A stretch of 64,000 nt of DNA, from the NCBI RefSeq assembly GCF_009914755.1, contig NC_060938.1; one strand, written 5' to 3'. Source of the DNA: the human T2T-CHM13v2.0 reference genome, Homo sapiens. Under the pieces are notes generated by a model. It ran no database searches and was not told the origin of the DNA. It saw only the letters and a list, made by a program, of their open reading frames with translations. Both the position numbers and the translations under genes were made by a program. Below, in pieces: positions 50,801-64,000 of the stretch (within the stretch, counting starts at the first letter, position 1; each line of letters starts with the position of its first letter).

Positions 50801-52509
50801 ATTTGGAAACAATCTTTTTGTAGACTCTGCAAATGGATATTTGGAGCACTTTGAGGCCTATGGTGAAAACTGAAATATATTCACATAAAAACCAGACTGA
50901 AAGTTTCTGAGAAACTTCTTTGAGATGTGTGCATTCATCTCACAAAGTTCAATAATTCTTTTTATTGAGCGATTTGGAAAAATCTTTTTGTAGAACCTGC
51001 AAAGAGATATTTGTGAGGGCTTTGAGGCTTATGGTGAAAAAGGAAATATCTTCACAGAAAAACCATAAAGAAGGTTTCTGAGAAACTTCTTTGTGATGTG
51101 TGCATTCATCTCACACAGTTCAACCTTTCTTTTGATTGAGCAGTTTGGAAACAGTCTTTTTAAATATTCTTCAAGTGGATACTTGTGAGCACGTTGAGGC
51201 TCATGGGGAAAAAGGAAACATTCACATAAAAAATTAATAGAAGCTTTCTGAGAAACCACTTTTTGACATGTGCATTCATCTCACAGAGTTGAACCTTTGT
51301 TTTGATTGAGCCGTTTGGAAACAGTCTTTTTGTAGACTCTGCAAATGGATATTTGGAGCACTTTGAGGCCTATCACGAAAAAGGACATATATTCACATAA
51401 AAACTAGACTGAAGGATTCTGAGAAACTTCTTTGAGCTGAGTGCATTCATCTGACAGTGTTCAATAATTCTTTTTATTGAGTGGTTTGGAAACAGTCTTT
51501 TTGTAGAATCTGCAAAGGGATATTTTTGAGGTCTTTGAGGCCTATGTTGAAAAAGGAAATATCTTCACAGAAAAACCATAAAGAAAGTTTCTGAGAAACT
51601 TCTTTGGAAGTGTGCATTCATCACACAGAGTTGAAACATTCTTTGGATTGAGCAGTTTCCAAACAGTCCTTTGTAGAATCTACAGAGGGATATTTGTAGC
51701 ACTTTGAAGCCTATGGTGAATAAGGAAATATATTCACATAAAAACTAGACAAAAGTTTTCTGAGAAACTTTTTTTGATGTGTGCATTTATCTCGTAGAGT
51801 TTAACATTTGTTTTGATTGAGCAGTTTGGAAACAGTCTTTTTGTAGAATCTGCAAAGGGATATTTAGGAGCAAGTTGAGGCCTATGGTGGAAAAGGAAAT
51901 ATCTTCACATAAAAACTAGAAAGAAGCATTCTGAGAAGCTGCTTAAAGATATGTGTACTCATCTCACAGAGGTAAACATTTCTTTTCATTGAGCAGTTTG
52001 TAAACTCTGTTATTCTAGAGTTTGCAAGGGATATTTTTGAGTGCTTTGAGACCCATGTTGAAAAAGGAAGTATCTTCACATAAAAACTAGTGAGAAGCTT
52101 GCTGAGAAACTACTTTCTCATGTGTGCAGTCATCTAACAGAGTTGAAACTTTCTTTTGATTGAGCAGTTTGGAAACAGTCTTTTTGTAGACTCTGCAAAG
52201 GTATATTTGGGAGTTCATTGAGGCCTATATTCAAAAAGGAAATATCTTCAAATAAAACTGAGAAGGAAGTTTTCTGAGAAACTTCTTTGTGATGTACACA
52301 TTCATCTCACAGGGTTGAACCATTCTGTTTATTGAGCAGTTTGGAAACAATCTTTTTGTAGAATCTGCAAAAGGATATCTGTGAGTGCATTGAGGCATAT
52401 GGTGAAAAAGGAAATATCTTCTTAAAAGTAGAAAGAAGTTTTCTGAGTAACTCATTTGTGACATGTGCATTTATCACAGAGAAGTAAAAGTTTCTTCCCA
52501 TTAAGCAGT
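47801..52509 (+). repeat. Monomeric alpha satellite, more diverged layer (aaagggatatttgtgagc / tataaagaaggtttctg type)
   Basis: ~172 bp units with a recurring variant monomer carrying gaggtaaac...gatcagtctggaaactctgttcttgtag. The left boundary is approximate. Confidence 0.93.
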
Positions 52510-54722
52510 TAGTTTTTATGTGAAGATATTTCCTTTTTCATCATAGACCTCAAACCGCCTACATATATCCCTTTGCAGATTCTACAAAAAGACTGTTTCC
52601 AAACTACTCAATCAAAGAAAGCTTCCACTCTGTGAGATGAATGCCCACATCACAGAGAAGTTTCTCAGAAAGTTTCTGTCTAGTTTTTATTTGTTGATAC
52701 TCCCTTTTTCACCATAGACCTCGAACTGCTCATTAATAACCCTTTGCAGATTCTACAAAAAGACTGTTTCCAAACTACTCAATCAAAAGAAAGCTTCTAC
52801 TCTGTGAGGTGAATGCACACATCACAAAGAAGTTTCTCAGAAAGCTTCTGTCTAGTTTTTATTTGAAGATGTTTCCTTTTTCAATATAGGCCTCAAAGTG
52901 CTCACAAATGTCCCTTTACAGATTTTACAAAAAGACTGTTACCAAACTGCTCAACTGAAACAAAGCTTCAACACTTTGAGATGAATGCACACATCACAAA
53001 GAAATTTCTCAGAAAGCTTCCGTCCAGTTTTTATGTGAAGCTATTTCCTTTTTCACCATAAGTCTCAAAGCATTCAAATTATCACTTTGCAGATTCTACA
53101 AAAAGACATTTTCCAACCTGATCTATCTAAAGAAAGGTTTAACTCTGTGAGAAGAATGCACACATCAAAGATAAGTTTCTCAGAATGCTTCTGTCTAGTT
53201 TTTATCTGAAGACATGTCCTTTTTCACCATAGGCCAAAAAGGGATTCCAAATATCCCTTTGTACATTCTACAAAGGACTGTTTCCAAATTGCTCAATCCA
53301 AAGACAGGTTCACCTCTTGGGATGAATGCACACATCACAACGAAGTTTCTCAGAAAGCTTCTGTCTCGTTTTTGTGTGAAGATATTACTTTTTTCACCAT
53401 AGGCTTCAAAGGGCTCACAAATATCGTAAAGCAGATTCTACAAGAAGACTCTATCCAAACTGGTCAAGGAAAAGAATACTTCAAATCTGTGAGATGAATG
53501 TGCACATCTCAAATAATTTTCTCAGAAAGCTTCTGTCTAGTTGTTATGTGAAGATATTTCCGTTTTCACCATAGACCTGAAACCGCCTATATATAACCCT
53601 TTGCAGATTCTACAAAAAGACTGTTTCCAAATGGCTCAATCAAAGGAAGCTTCTACTCTGTGAGATGAATGCACATATCAGAGAGAAGTTTCTCAGAAAG
53701 TTTCTGTCTAGTTTTTATTTGTCAATACTCCCTTTTTCACCATAGGCCTCAAACAGCTCATAAATAACCCTTTGCAGATTCTACAATAGGACTGTTTCCA
53801 AACTGCTCAATCAAATGAAAGTTCAGCTGTGTGAGATGAATGCACACATCAAGAAGAAGTTTCTCAGAATGTTTCTGTCTAGTTTTTATGTGAAGACACT
53901 TCTTTTTCACCATAAGCCTGAAAGTGTTCCCAAATTTTCCTTTGCAGATTCTATGAAAAGACTGTTTCCAAACTGCTCAATCAAAAGAAAGGTTCAATTC
54001 TGTGTGATGAATGCACACATCACAACGAAGTTTCTCAGAAGGCTTCTGTCTAGATTTTATTTGTGGATATTTCCTTTTTCACAATAGGCCTCAGAAAGCT
54101 CACAAATATCGCTTTGCATATTCTACAAAAAGACTGTTTCCAATCTGCTCAATGAAAGAAAATTAAACTCTATGAGATGAATGCATGCATCCCAAAGTGG
54201 TTTCTCAGAATGCTTCTGTCTAGTTTTTATATGAAGATATTTCCTTTTTCATTACATGCCTCAAACCACTCAAAAACTTCCATTTGCAGATTCTCCAAAA
54301 AGACTGTTTCCAAACTGCTCAATCAAAAGAAAGATTCAAGTCTTTGAGATGCATACACCCATCACAAAGAAGTTTCCCAGAAAACACGAGTCTAGTTTTT
54401 ATATGAAGATATTTCCTTTTTCACCATAAGCATCAAAGCGTTCACAAATATCACTTTGCAGGTTCTACGAAAAGACTGTTTCCAAACTGGTGAATCAAAG
54501 GAAAGTTTCAACCCTGTGAGATGAATGCACACATCACAAAGAAGTTCTTCAGAAAGCAGCTGTCTACATTTTATTTTTCGAGATTTCCTTTTTCACCATT
54601 GGATTCAAACCACTGAAACATATCACTTTGCAGATTCTACAAAAAGACTGTTTCCAAACTGCTCAATCAAAAGAAAGGTTCAACTCTGTGAGATGAATGC
54701 ACACATCACAAAGAAGTTCCTC
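52510..54722 (-). repeat. Monomeric alpha satellite, reverse orientation
   Basis: Units read ctcacaaatatccctttgcagattctacaaaaagactgtttcc...aagtttctcagaaagcttctgtctag. Confidence 0.96.
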
Positions 54723-56303
<1,581 letters not shown>

Positions 56304-59300
56304 GAAAGTGCATGTCACAAAGAAGTTTCTTAGAAAGTTTCTTTCTAGTTTTTATGTGAAGATATTTCCTTTTTCAACATAGTCCACAAAGTGCACCAAA
56401 TATCTTTTGCAGATTGTACAAAAAGAGTTTTTCCAAACTGCTCAATGAAAAGAAAGTTTCAACTCTGTGAGATGAAATCACAATCACAAAGAAGTTACTC
56501 AGAATGCTTCTGTCTAGTTTTTAAGTGAAGGTATTTCCTGTTACACCATGGGCCTCAAAGGGCTCACAAATATCCTTTTGCAGATTCTACAAAAAGACTG
56601 TTACAGAACTGCTCAATGAAAAGTAAGTTTCAACTCTGTGAGATGAATTCACACTTAAAAAAGAAGTTTCTCAGAATGCTTCTGTCTAGTTTTTATGTGA
56701 AGATATTTCTTTGTCACCATAGGCCTCAAACCACTCAGAAATATCCCTATGCATCTGTTACAAAAAGACTGTTTCCAAACTGCTCAATGAAAAGAAAGAT
56801 TCTACTTTGTGAGATGAAAACACACATCACAAAGAATTTTCTCAGAAAGTTTTTAGCTAGCTTATATGTGAAGATATTTCCTCTTTCAGCATAGGCCTCA
56901 ATGGGCTCAAAAATATCTCTTTTCAGATACTACAAAAGGCCTCGTTCCAAACTGCTCAATCAGAAGAAAGTTTCAACTCTGTGAGATGAAAGCACACATC
57001 ACAAATAAGTTTCTCAGAATATTTTTCTAGTTTTTATGTGAAGATATTTCCTATTTCACCATAAGCCATAAAGGTCTCACAAATATCCCTTTGCAGACTC
57101 TACAAAAAGCCTGTTTCCAAACAGCTCAATCAAAACAAACTTTCAACTCTGTGAGAAGAATGGACATATCACAAAGAAGTTTCTCAGAAGGCTTCTGCCT
57201 AGTTTTTGTGTGAAGATATGACTTTTTCACCATAGGCCTCAAACGGCTAAGAAATATCCTTTTGCAGATTGTACAAAAAGACTGCTTCCAAATTGCTCAA
57301 TGAAAAGACAGGTTCAACTCTGTGAGATGAATGCGCATATCATAAAGAAGTTTCTCAGAATGCCTCTGTCTAATTTTTATGTGAAGATATTTCGTTTTTC
57401 ACCATAGGCCTTAAATGGCTCCCAAATATCCCTCTGCAGATACTACAAAAAGACTACTTGAAAACTGTTCAATCAAAGGAATGCTTCATCTCTGTGAAAT
57501 GAATGCACATATCACAAAGAAGTTTCTCGTAATGCTTCTGTCTAGTTTTTATGTGAAGATATTTCCTTTTTCACCACAGGCCTCAAAGTCCTCCAAATAT
57601 CCACTTGCAGATTCTACAAAAAGACTGTTTCCAAACAGCTACATGAAGAGAAAGGTTCAATTCTGTGAGATAAATGCACACATGAAATAGAAGTTTCTCA
57701 GAATGCTTCTGTTTGGTTTTTATCTGACATAATTATTTTTCACCATAGGCCTCAAACCATTCAAAAATATCCCTTTGCATATTGTACAAAAAGACTGTTT
57801 CTAAACTGTCAAATGCAAAGAAAGGTTCAACTCTGTGAGATGAAACCACACATCACAAAGAAGTTCCTCATAATGCTTCTGTCTGGTTTTTATGTGAAGA
57901 TATTTCATATTTCACCATAGGCCTCAAAGAGCTAACAAATATCCCTTTGCAGACTCTACAAAAAGACTGTTTTCGAACTGCTCCATGCAAAAAAAGGTTC
58001 AACTCTGTGAGATGAATGCACACATAAAAAAGAAGTTTCTCAGAATGCTTCTGTCTAGTTTTTATGAGAGGATATTTCTTTTTCACCATAGGACTCAAAC
58101 CCCTCAGAAATATCCCTTTGCAGATTGTAGATAAAGAATGTTTCCTAACTGCTCAATCAAAAGAACAGTTCAAGTCTGTGAGATGAAAGCACACATCACA
58201 AAGAAGTTTCTCAGAAATCTTCTGTCTAGTTTTTATGTGAAGATATTTCCCTTCAAACGATAGGCCTCAAAGAAATCCAAATATCGATTTGAAGATTCTA
58301 CAAAATAGTGTTTCCAAACTGCTCAATCAAAAGAAATTTTCAACTCTGTGAGATGAAAACACTCATCACAAAGAAGTCCTTCAGAAAGTTTCTCACTAGA
58401 TTTTATGTGAAGATATTTAGTTTTTCACCACAAGCCACAAAGTGCTCCAAATATCCATTTGCAGATACTTCAAAAAGAGTTTTTCCAAACTGCTCAATCA
58501 AAAGAAAATTTCAACTCTGTGAGATGAATGCAAACATCACAAGGAAGTTTCTCGGAATGCTTCTGTATATTTTTTCTGTGAAGATATTTCCCATTTCACC
58601 ATTGGCTTCAGAGGGCTCTCATATATCCTTTTGCAAATTCTACAAAAGATTGTTTCCGAATTTCTCAATGAAAAGAAAGGTTCATCTCTGGGAGATGAAT
58701 GCACACATGAATAAGAAGTTTCTCAGAATGACTCTGTCTAGTTTTTGTGTTAAGATATTTGTTTTTCACCGTAGGCCTCAAACTGCTCAGAAATATTCCT
58801 TTGCAGATTGTACAAAAAGATGGTTTCCAAACTACTCAATGAAAACAAAGGTTCAACACTGTGACATGAATACTCACATCACAGAGAAGTTTTTCAGAAA
58901 GCTTCTGTTTAGTTTTTAAGTGAAAATATTTCCTTTTTCACCATAGGCCTCAAAGCACTCCAAATATCCTTTTGCAAACTCTACAAAAAGAGACTTTCCA
59001 AACTGTTCAATTAAAAGAAAGATTCAAATCTGTGAGAAGAAAGTACACATCACGAAGAAGTTTCTCATAATACTTCTCTCTACTTTTTTTGTGAAGATAT
59101 TTCCTATGTCACCATGGGCCTCAAAGATCTCACAAATATCCCATTGCAGATTCTACAAAAAGACAGTTTTTGAACTGCTAAATGAAAAGAAAGGTTCAAC
59201 ACTTTGAGACAAATGCACACATAATAAATTAGTTTATCATAATGCTTCTGTCTAGTTTTTATATGAAGATATTTCTTTTTCACCATAGGCATCAAACCGT

Positions 59301-59415
59301 TCAGAAATATCCCTTTGTAGATTGTACAAAAAGACTGTTTCCAAACTGCTCAATCAAAAGAAAGTTTCAAACTGGTGAGATGAATGCACACATAACAGAC
59401 GAGTTTCTCAGGAAT
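56304..59415 (-). repeat. Monomeric alpha satellite, reverse orientation
   Basis: ~171-172 bp units with cctatttcacc / gctcagaaatatccctttgc variants, the same types as the 41-45 kb intercalated blocks. Confidence 0.96.
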
Positions 59416-59863
59416 TTTTTTTTATTTTCAACACTTTATTTTACTTTTTTTAAAGTTAGTTGTTTTTAATTTATTATTATTATACTTTAAGTTTTAGGGT
59501 ACATGTGCACAATGTACAGGTTTGTTACATATGTATACATGTGCCATGCTGGTGTGCTGCACCCACTAACTCGTCATCTAGCATTAGGTATATCTCCCAA
59601 TTCTATCCCTCCCCCTTTCCCGCACCCCACAACAGTCCCCAGAGTGTGATGTTCCCCTTCCTGTGTCCATGTGTTGCTCTCATTGTTCAATTCCCACCTA
59701 TGAGTGAGAATATGCGGTGTTTGGTTTTTTGTTCTTGTGATAGTTTACTGAGAATGATGATTTCCAATTTCATCTATGTCCCTACAAAGTACATGAACTC
59801 ATCATTTATTATGGCTGCATAGTATTCCATGGTGTATATGTGCCACATTTTCTTAATCCAGTC
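59416..59863 (-). mobile_element. 5'-truncated L1 3' end, L1PA2-like
   Basis: ctcgtcatctagcatta (GCTAGATGACGAG), gagaatatgcggtg and tttttgttcttg match recalled L1PA2. Long impure tail; no clear TSD; satellite phase conserved. Confidence 0.92.
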
Positions 59864-62800
59864 GTCTGTCTTGTTTTTAGTGAACATATTACCTTTCTCA
59901 ACATAGGCCTCAAAGCAATCCAAACATCCATTTGCAGATTCTGCAAAAAGACTGTTTCCAAACTGATCAATCAAAACAAATTTTTACCTCTGTGAGATGA
60001 AAGCACACATCACAAAAAAGTTACTCAGACAGCTTCTCTCTAGTTTGTATGTGAAGATATTTCCTATTTTACCTGAGGCTACAAAGGGCTCACAAATATC
60101 CCTTTGAAGGTTCTACAAAAAGGCTGTTTCCAAACTGCTCAATCAAAAGAAAGGTTCAACTCTGTGAGATGAATGGACACATCACAAAGAAATTTCTTGG
60201 AATGATTCTGTATAGTTTTTATGTGAAGATATTTCTCTTTCACCATAGGCCTCAAAAGGATCATAATTATCCCTTTGCAGATTGTACAATAAGCCTCTTT
60301 CTAACCTGCTCAATCAAAAGAAAGGTTCAACTCTGTGAGATGAATGCACACATCACAAGGAAGTTTCTCAGAAAGCTTCTGTTTAGTTTTTATGTGAGGA
60401 TATTTCGTTTTCCACCATGGGACTCAATAGTGCTCAAAATATCCATTTGCAGATTCTAGAAAAAGGGTGTTTCCAAACTCCTCAATCAAAAGAAAGTTTC
60501 AATTCTGTGAGATGAAAGCACACATCACAAAGAAGTTTCTTAGAGAGCTTCTTTCTATTTTTTATGTGAATATATTTCACATTGCACCATAGTACTCAAC
60601 GCGCTCAGAAATATCCTTTTGCAGATTCTACAAAAGGGCTGTTTCCAAACTGCTCAATCCAAAGAAAGTTTCAACTATGTGAGATGAATGCACACATCAC
60701 AAAGAAGTTTCTCAGAATGCTTCTTTCTAGTTTATATATGAAGAAAATTCCTATTTCACCATAGGCAATAAAGGGCTCACAAATATTTTTTTGCAGATCC
60801 TACAAAAAGACTGTATCCAAACTGCTCAATAAAAAGAAAGTTTCCACTCTGTTAGATTAATGGACACATCAAAAAGTAATTTCTCAGAAAATTTCTGTTT
60901 AGTTTTTATGTGAGGATATTTCCTTTGTCACCATTGGCCTCAAAGCACTCCTAATATCCATTTACAGATATCACAAAAAGAATGTTTCCAAACTGCTCTA
61001 TCAAAAGAGAGTTTTAACTCTGTGAGATGAAAGCACACATCTCAAAGAACTTTCTCAGAAAGATTCGGTCTAGTTTTCATGTAAAGATATTTCCAGTTTC
61101 ACCATAGGCCTCAAAGGGCCAAGAAATATCCCTTTCCAGATTCTAAAAGACAACCACTTCCATACTGCTCAATCAAAAGAAAGCTTAAATTCTGTGAGGT
61201 GAATGCACACATGAGAATGAAATTTCTCAGAATTCTCCTGTCTAGTTTTTATGCGACGATATTTACTATGTCACTATAAGCTTCAAATGTCTCAAAAATA
61301 TCCCTTTGCAGATTCTACAAAAATATGGTTTCAAAAGTGTGAATTAAAAGAAACCTTCAACTCTGTCAGATGAATGAAGACATCACAAAGAAGTTCCTCA
61401 GAATGCTTCTGTCTAGTTTAAATGTGAAGATATTTCTTTTTCACATAGACCTCAAATGGCTCAGAAATACACCTTTGCAGAATGCAGGAAAAGACTGTTT
61501 CTAAACTGCTCAAACAAAATAAAGTTTCAACACTGTGAGATGAATGCACACATCACAAAGAAGTTTCTCAGAAATCTTCTGTCTAGCTTTTATCTCTAGA
61601 TAATTCCTATTTTGTCATAGGAATCAATGTGCTCACAAATATCCCTTTGCAGATTCTACAAAAGTTCTGTTTCCAAGCTGCTCAATCAAAAGAAACGTTC
61701 AACATTGTGAGATGAATGCACATATCACAAAGAAGTTTCTCAGAATGCTTCTGTCTGGTTATTATGTGAAGATATTTCCTTTTTCACCATGGGCCTGAAA
61801 ACACTCCAAATATCCACTTGCAGATTCTACAAAAAGAGGGTTTTCAAACTGCTCAATGAAAAAAAGGTTCAATTCTGTGAGATGAAAGCACACTTCACAA
61901 AAGTGTTTCTTAGAAACCTTCTATCTAGTTTTTATGTGAAGATATTTCATATTTCAAAATAGGTCTCAATGGGCTCAGAAGTATACTCTTGCAGATGCTA
62001 CAGAAAGAGTGTTTCCAAAAAGCTCCATCAAAAGAAAGGTTTAACACTGTAAGATAAATGCACACATTACAAAGAAGTCTCTCAGAATTCTTCTGTATAG
62101 TTTTTTTGAGAAGCCACTTCTTTTTTCACTATAAGCCTGTCTGCTCACTAATAGCCCTCTGCAGATACTACAAAATACTCTTTCCAAACTGCTCAATCAA
62201 AGTAAAGGTTCACATCTGTGAGATGAAAGCCCACGTCACAAAGAACTTTCTCAGAAAGTTTCCGTCTAGTTTTTATGTGAAGATATTTCCTATTTCTCCT
62301 TAGGCCTCAAAGGGATCACAAATATCCCTATTCAGATTCTACAAAAAACTGTTTCCAAACTGCTTCATCAAAAGAAAGGTTCAACTCTGTGAGATCAATG
62401 CACACATACAAAATTAGTTTCTCAGAATGCTTCTGTCTAGTTTTTATGTGAAGTTATTACTTTTTCACCATATGTCTCAAACCGCAAACAAATATTCCTT
62501 TGCAGATTGCACAAAAAGTATGTTTCCACACTGCTCAATGAACAGAAAGGTTCAACTCAGTGAGATGAATGCAAACATCACAAAGAGTTTTCTCAAAATG
62601 CTTCTGTCTAGGTTTTAGGTGAAGATATTTACTTTTTCACCATAGGCCTCAAACTGCTCACAAATATCCCTTTGCAGATTCTACAAAACAACTTGTTGCC
62701 AAAGTGCTCAATGAAAAGCAAGGTCCAAATCTGTGAGATGAAAGCACACATCACAAAGAAGTTTCTCAGAAAGTTTCTGTCTAGTTTTTAAATGCAGATA

Positions 62801-64000
62801 TTTTCTTTTTCACTATAGGCCTCAAAGCACTCCAAATATCGGTTTGCAAGCTCTACAAAAGAGTGTTTCCAAACTGCTCAATCAAAAGAGAGGTTCAACT
62901 CTTTGTGGTGAAAGCACACAGCACAAAGAAGTTTTACAAAAAGCTTCTGTCTAGTTTTTATGTGAAGACATTTCCTATTTCACCATAGGCCCCAGTGGGC
63001 TCACAAACATCCCTTTGCAGATTCTACAAAAGAATTCTTTCCAAACTGCTCAATCCACGGAAAGTTTCAACTCTGTGACATGAGTGCATACATCACAAAG
63101 AAGTTTCTCAGAATGCTTCTCTCTAGTTTTTATGTGAAGAAATTTCTTGTTCACCATAGGCCTGAAATGCTGCAAATATCCATCTTCAGATTCTACAAAA
63201 AGAATGTTTCCAAACTGCTCAATCAAAAGAAAAGTTCAACTCTGTGAGATGAAAGCACACATCACAAAGAAGTTTCTCAGAAAGCTTCTGTCTAGTTTTT
63301 TTGTGAAGATATTCCCTATTTCACCATAGTCCTGAAAGGGCTCACAAATATCCTTTTGCATATTATACAAAAAGACTGTCCCCAAACTGCTCAATCAAAA
63401 GAAAGTTTCAACTCTGTGTGATGAATGCACACATTACAAAGAAGTTTCTCAGAATGCTTTTGCTAGTTTTTATATGAAGATATTTCTCTTTCACAGTAGG
63501 CCTCAAATGGCTCAGAAATATCCCTTTGCAGATTGTACAAAAAGACTGTTTCCAAACTTCTCAATCAAAGAAAGGTTCAACCCTGTGACACGGAAGCAAA
63601 CATCACAAAGTAGTCTCTCAGAAATCTTCTGTCTATTTTTTATGTGATGATATCTCCTATATCACCATGGGCCATTTAGGGCTCAAAAATTTTTTTTTTG
63701 CAAATTCTACAAAAAGACTGTTTCCAAACTGCTCAATCCAAAGGAAGTTTCAACTCTGTGAGATGAATGGACACACCACAAAAAAGTTTATCAGAATGCT
63801 TCTATCTACTTTTTATGTGAAGACATTTCTTTTTCACCCTAGGCTTCAATGGGCTTAGAAATATCCCTTTGCAGATTCTGCAAAAGGACTGTTTCCAAAC
63901 TTCTCAATCAAAGAAAGGTTCAACTCTATGAGATGAATGCACACATCACATAGATGTTTCTCACAATCCTTCTGTCTATTTTTTATGTGAAGGTATTTCC
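59864..64000 (-). repeat. Monomeric alpha satellite, reverse orientation, runs off the window
   Basis: Same layer as 56.3-59.4 kb. Confidence 0.96.

Overview
This window is hominid (probably human) pericentromeric DNA with no host genes. About 86% is diverged monomeric alpha satellite (~171-172 bp units). I saw no CENP-B boxes, only A-box/pJ-alpha-type CTATGGTG(G/A)AAAAGGAA. The satellite forms several sequence-distinct layers and changes strand three times: at ~1,910, across a full-length L1 at ~16-22 kb, and at ~52,510. Insertions are one very young AluY with a TSD, one dead full-length L1PA3-type element, one 5'-inverted and internally deleted L1PA3, and two 5'-truncated L1 3' ends (PA3-like and PA2-like). 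All non-L1 ORFs in the track are satellite or Alu artefacts. I found no new protein-coding system. The interest is structural: a ~99% identical in-register 4.5-monomer duplicate that preserves the Alu's empty site, TSD-less L1s at layer or strand boundaries, breakpoints recurring at one monomer position, a fold-back template-switch scar, and relic duplications offset by whole monomers. Satellite '+' means the CATTCTGAGAAACTTCTTTGTGATGTG orientation. Subfamily calls use recalled consensus sequences and by-eye alignment.
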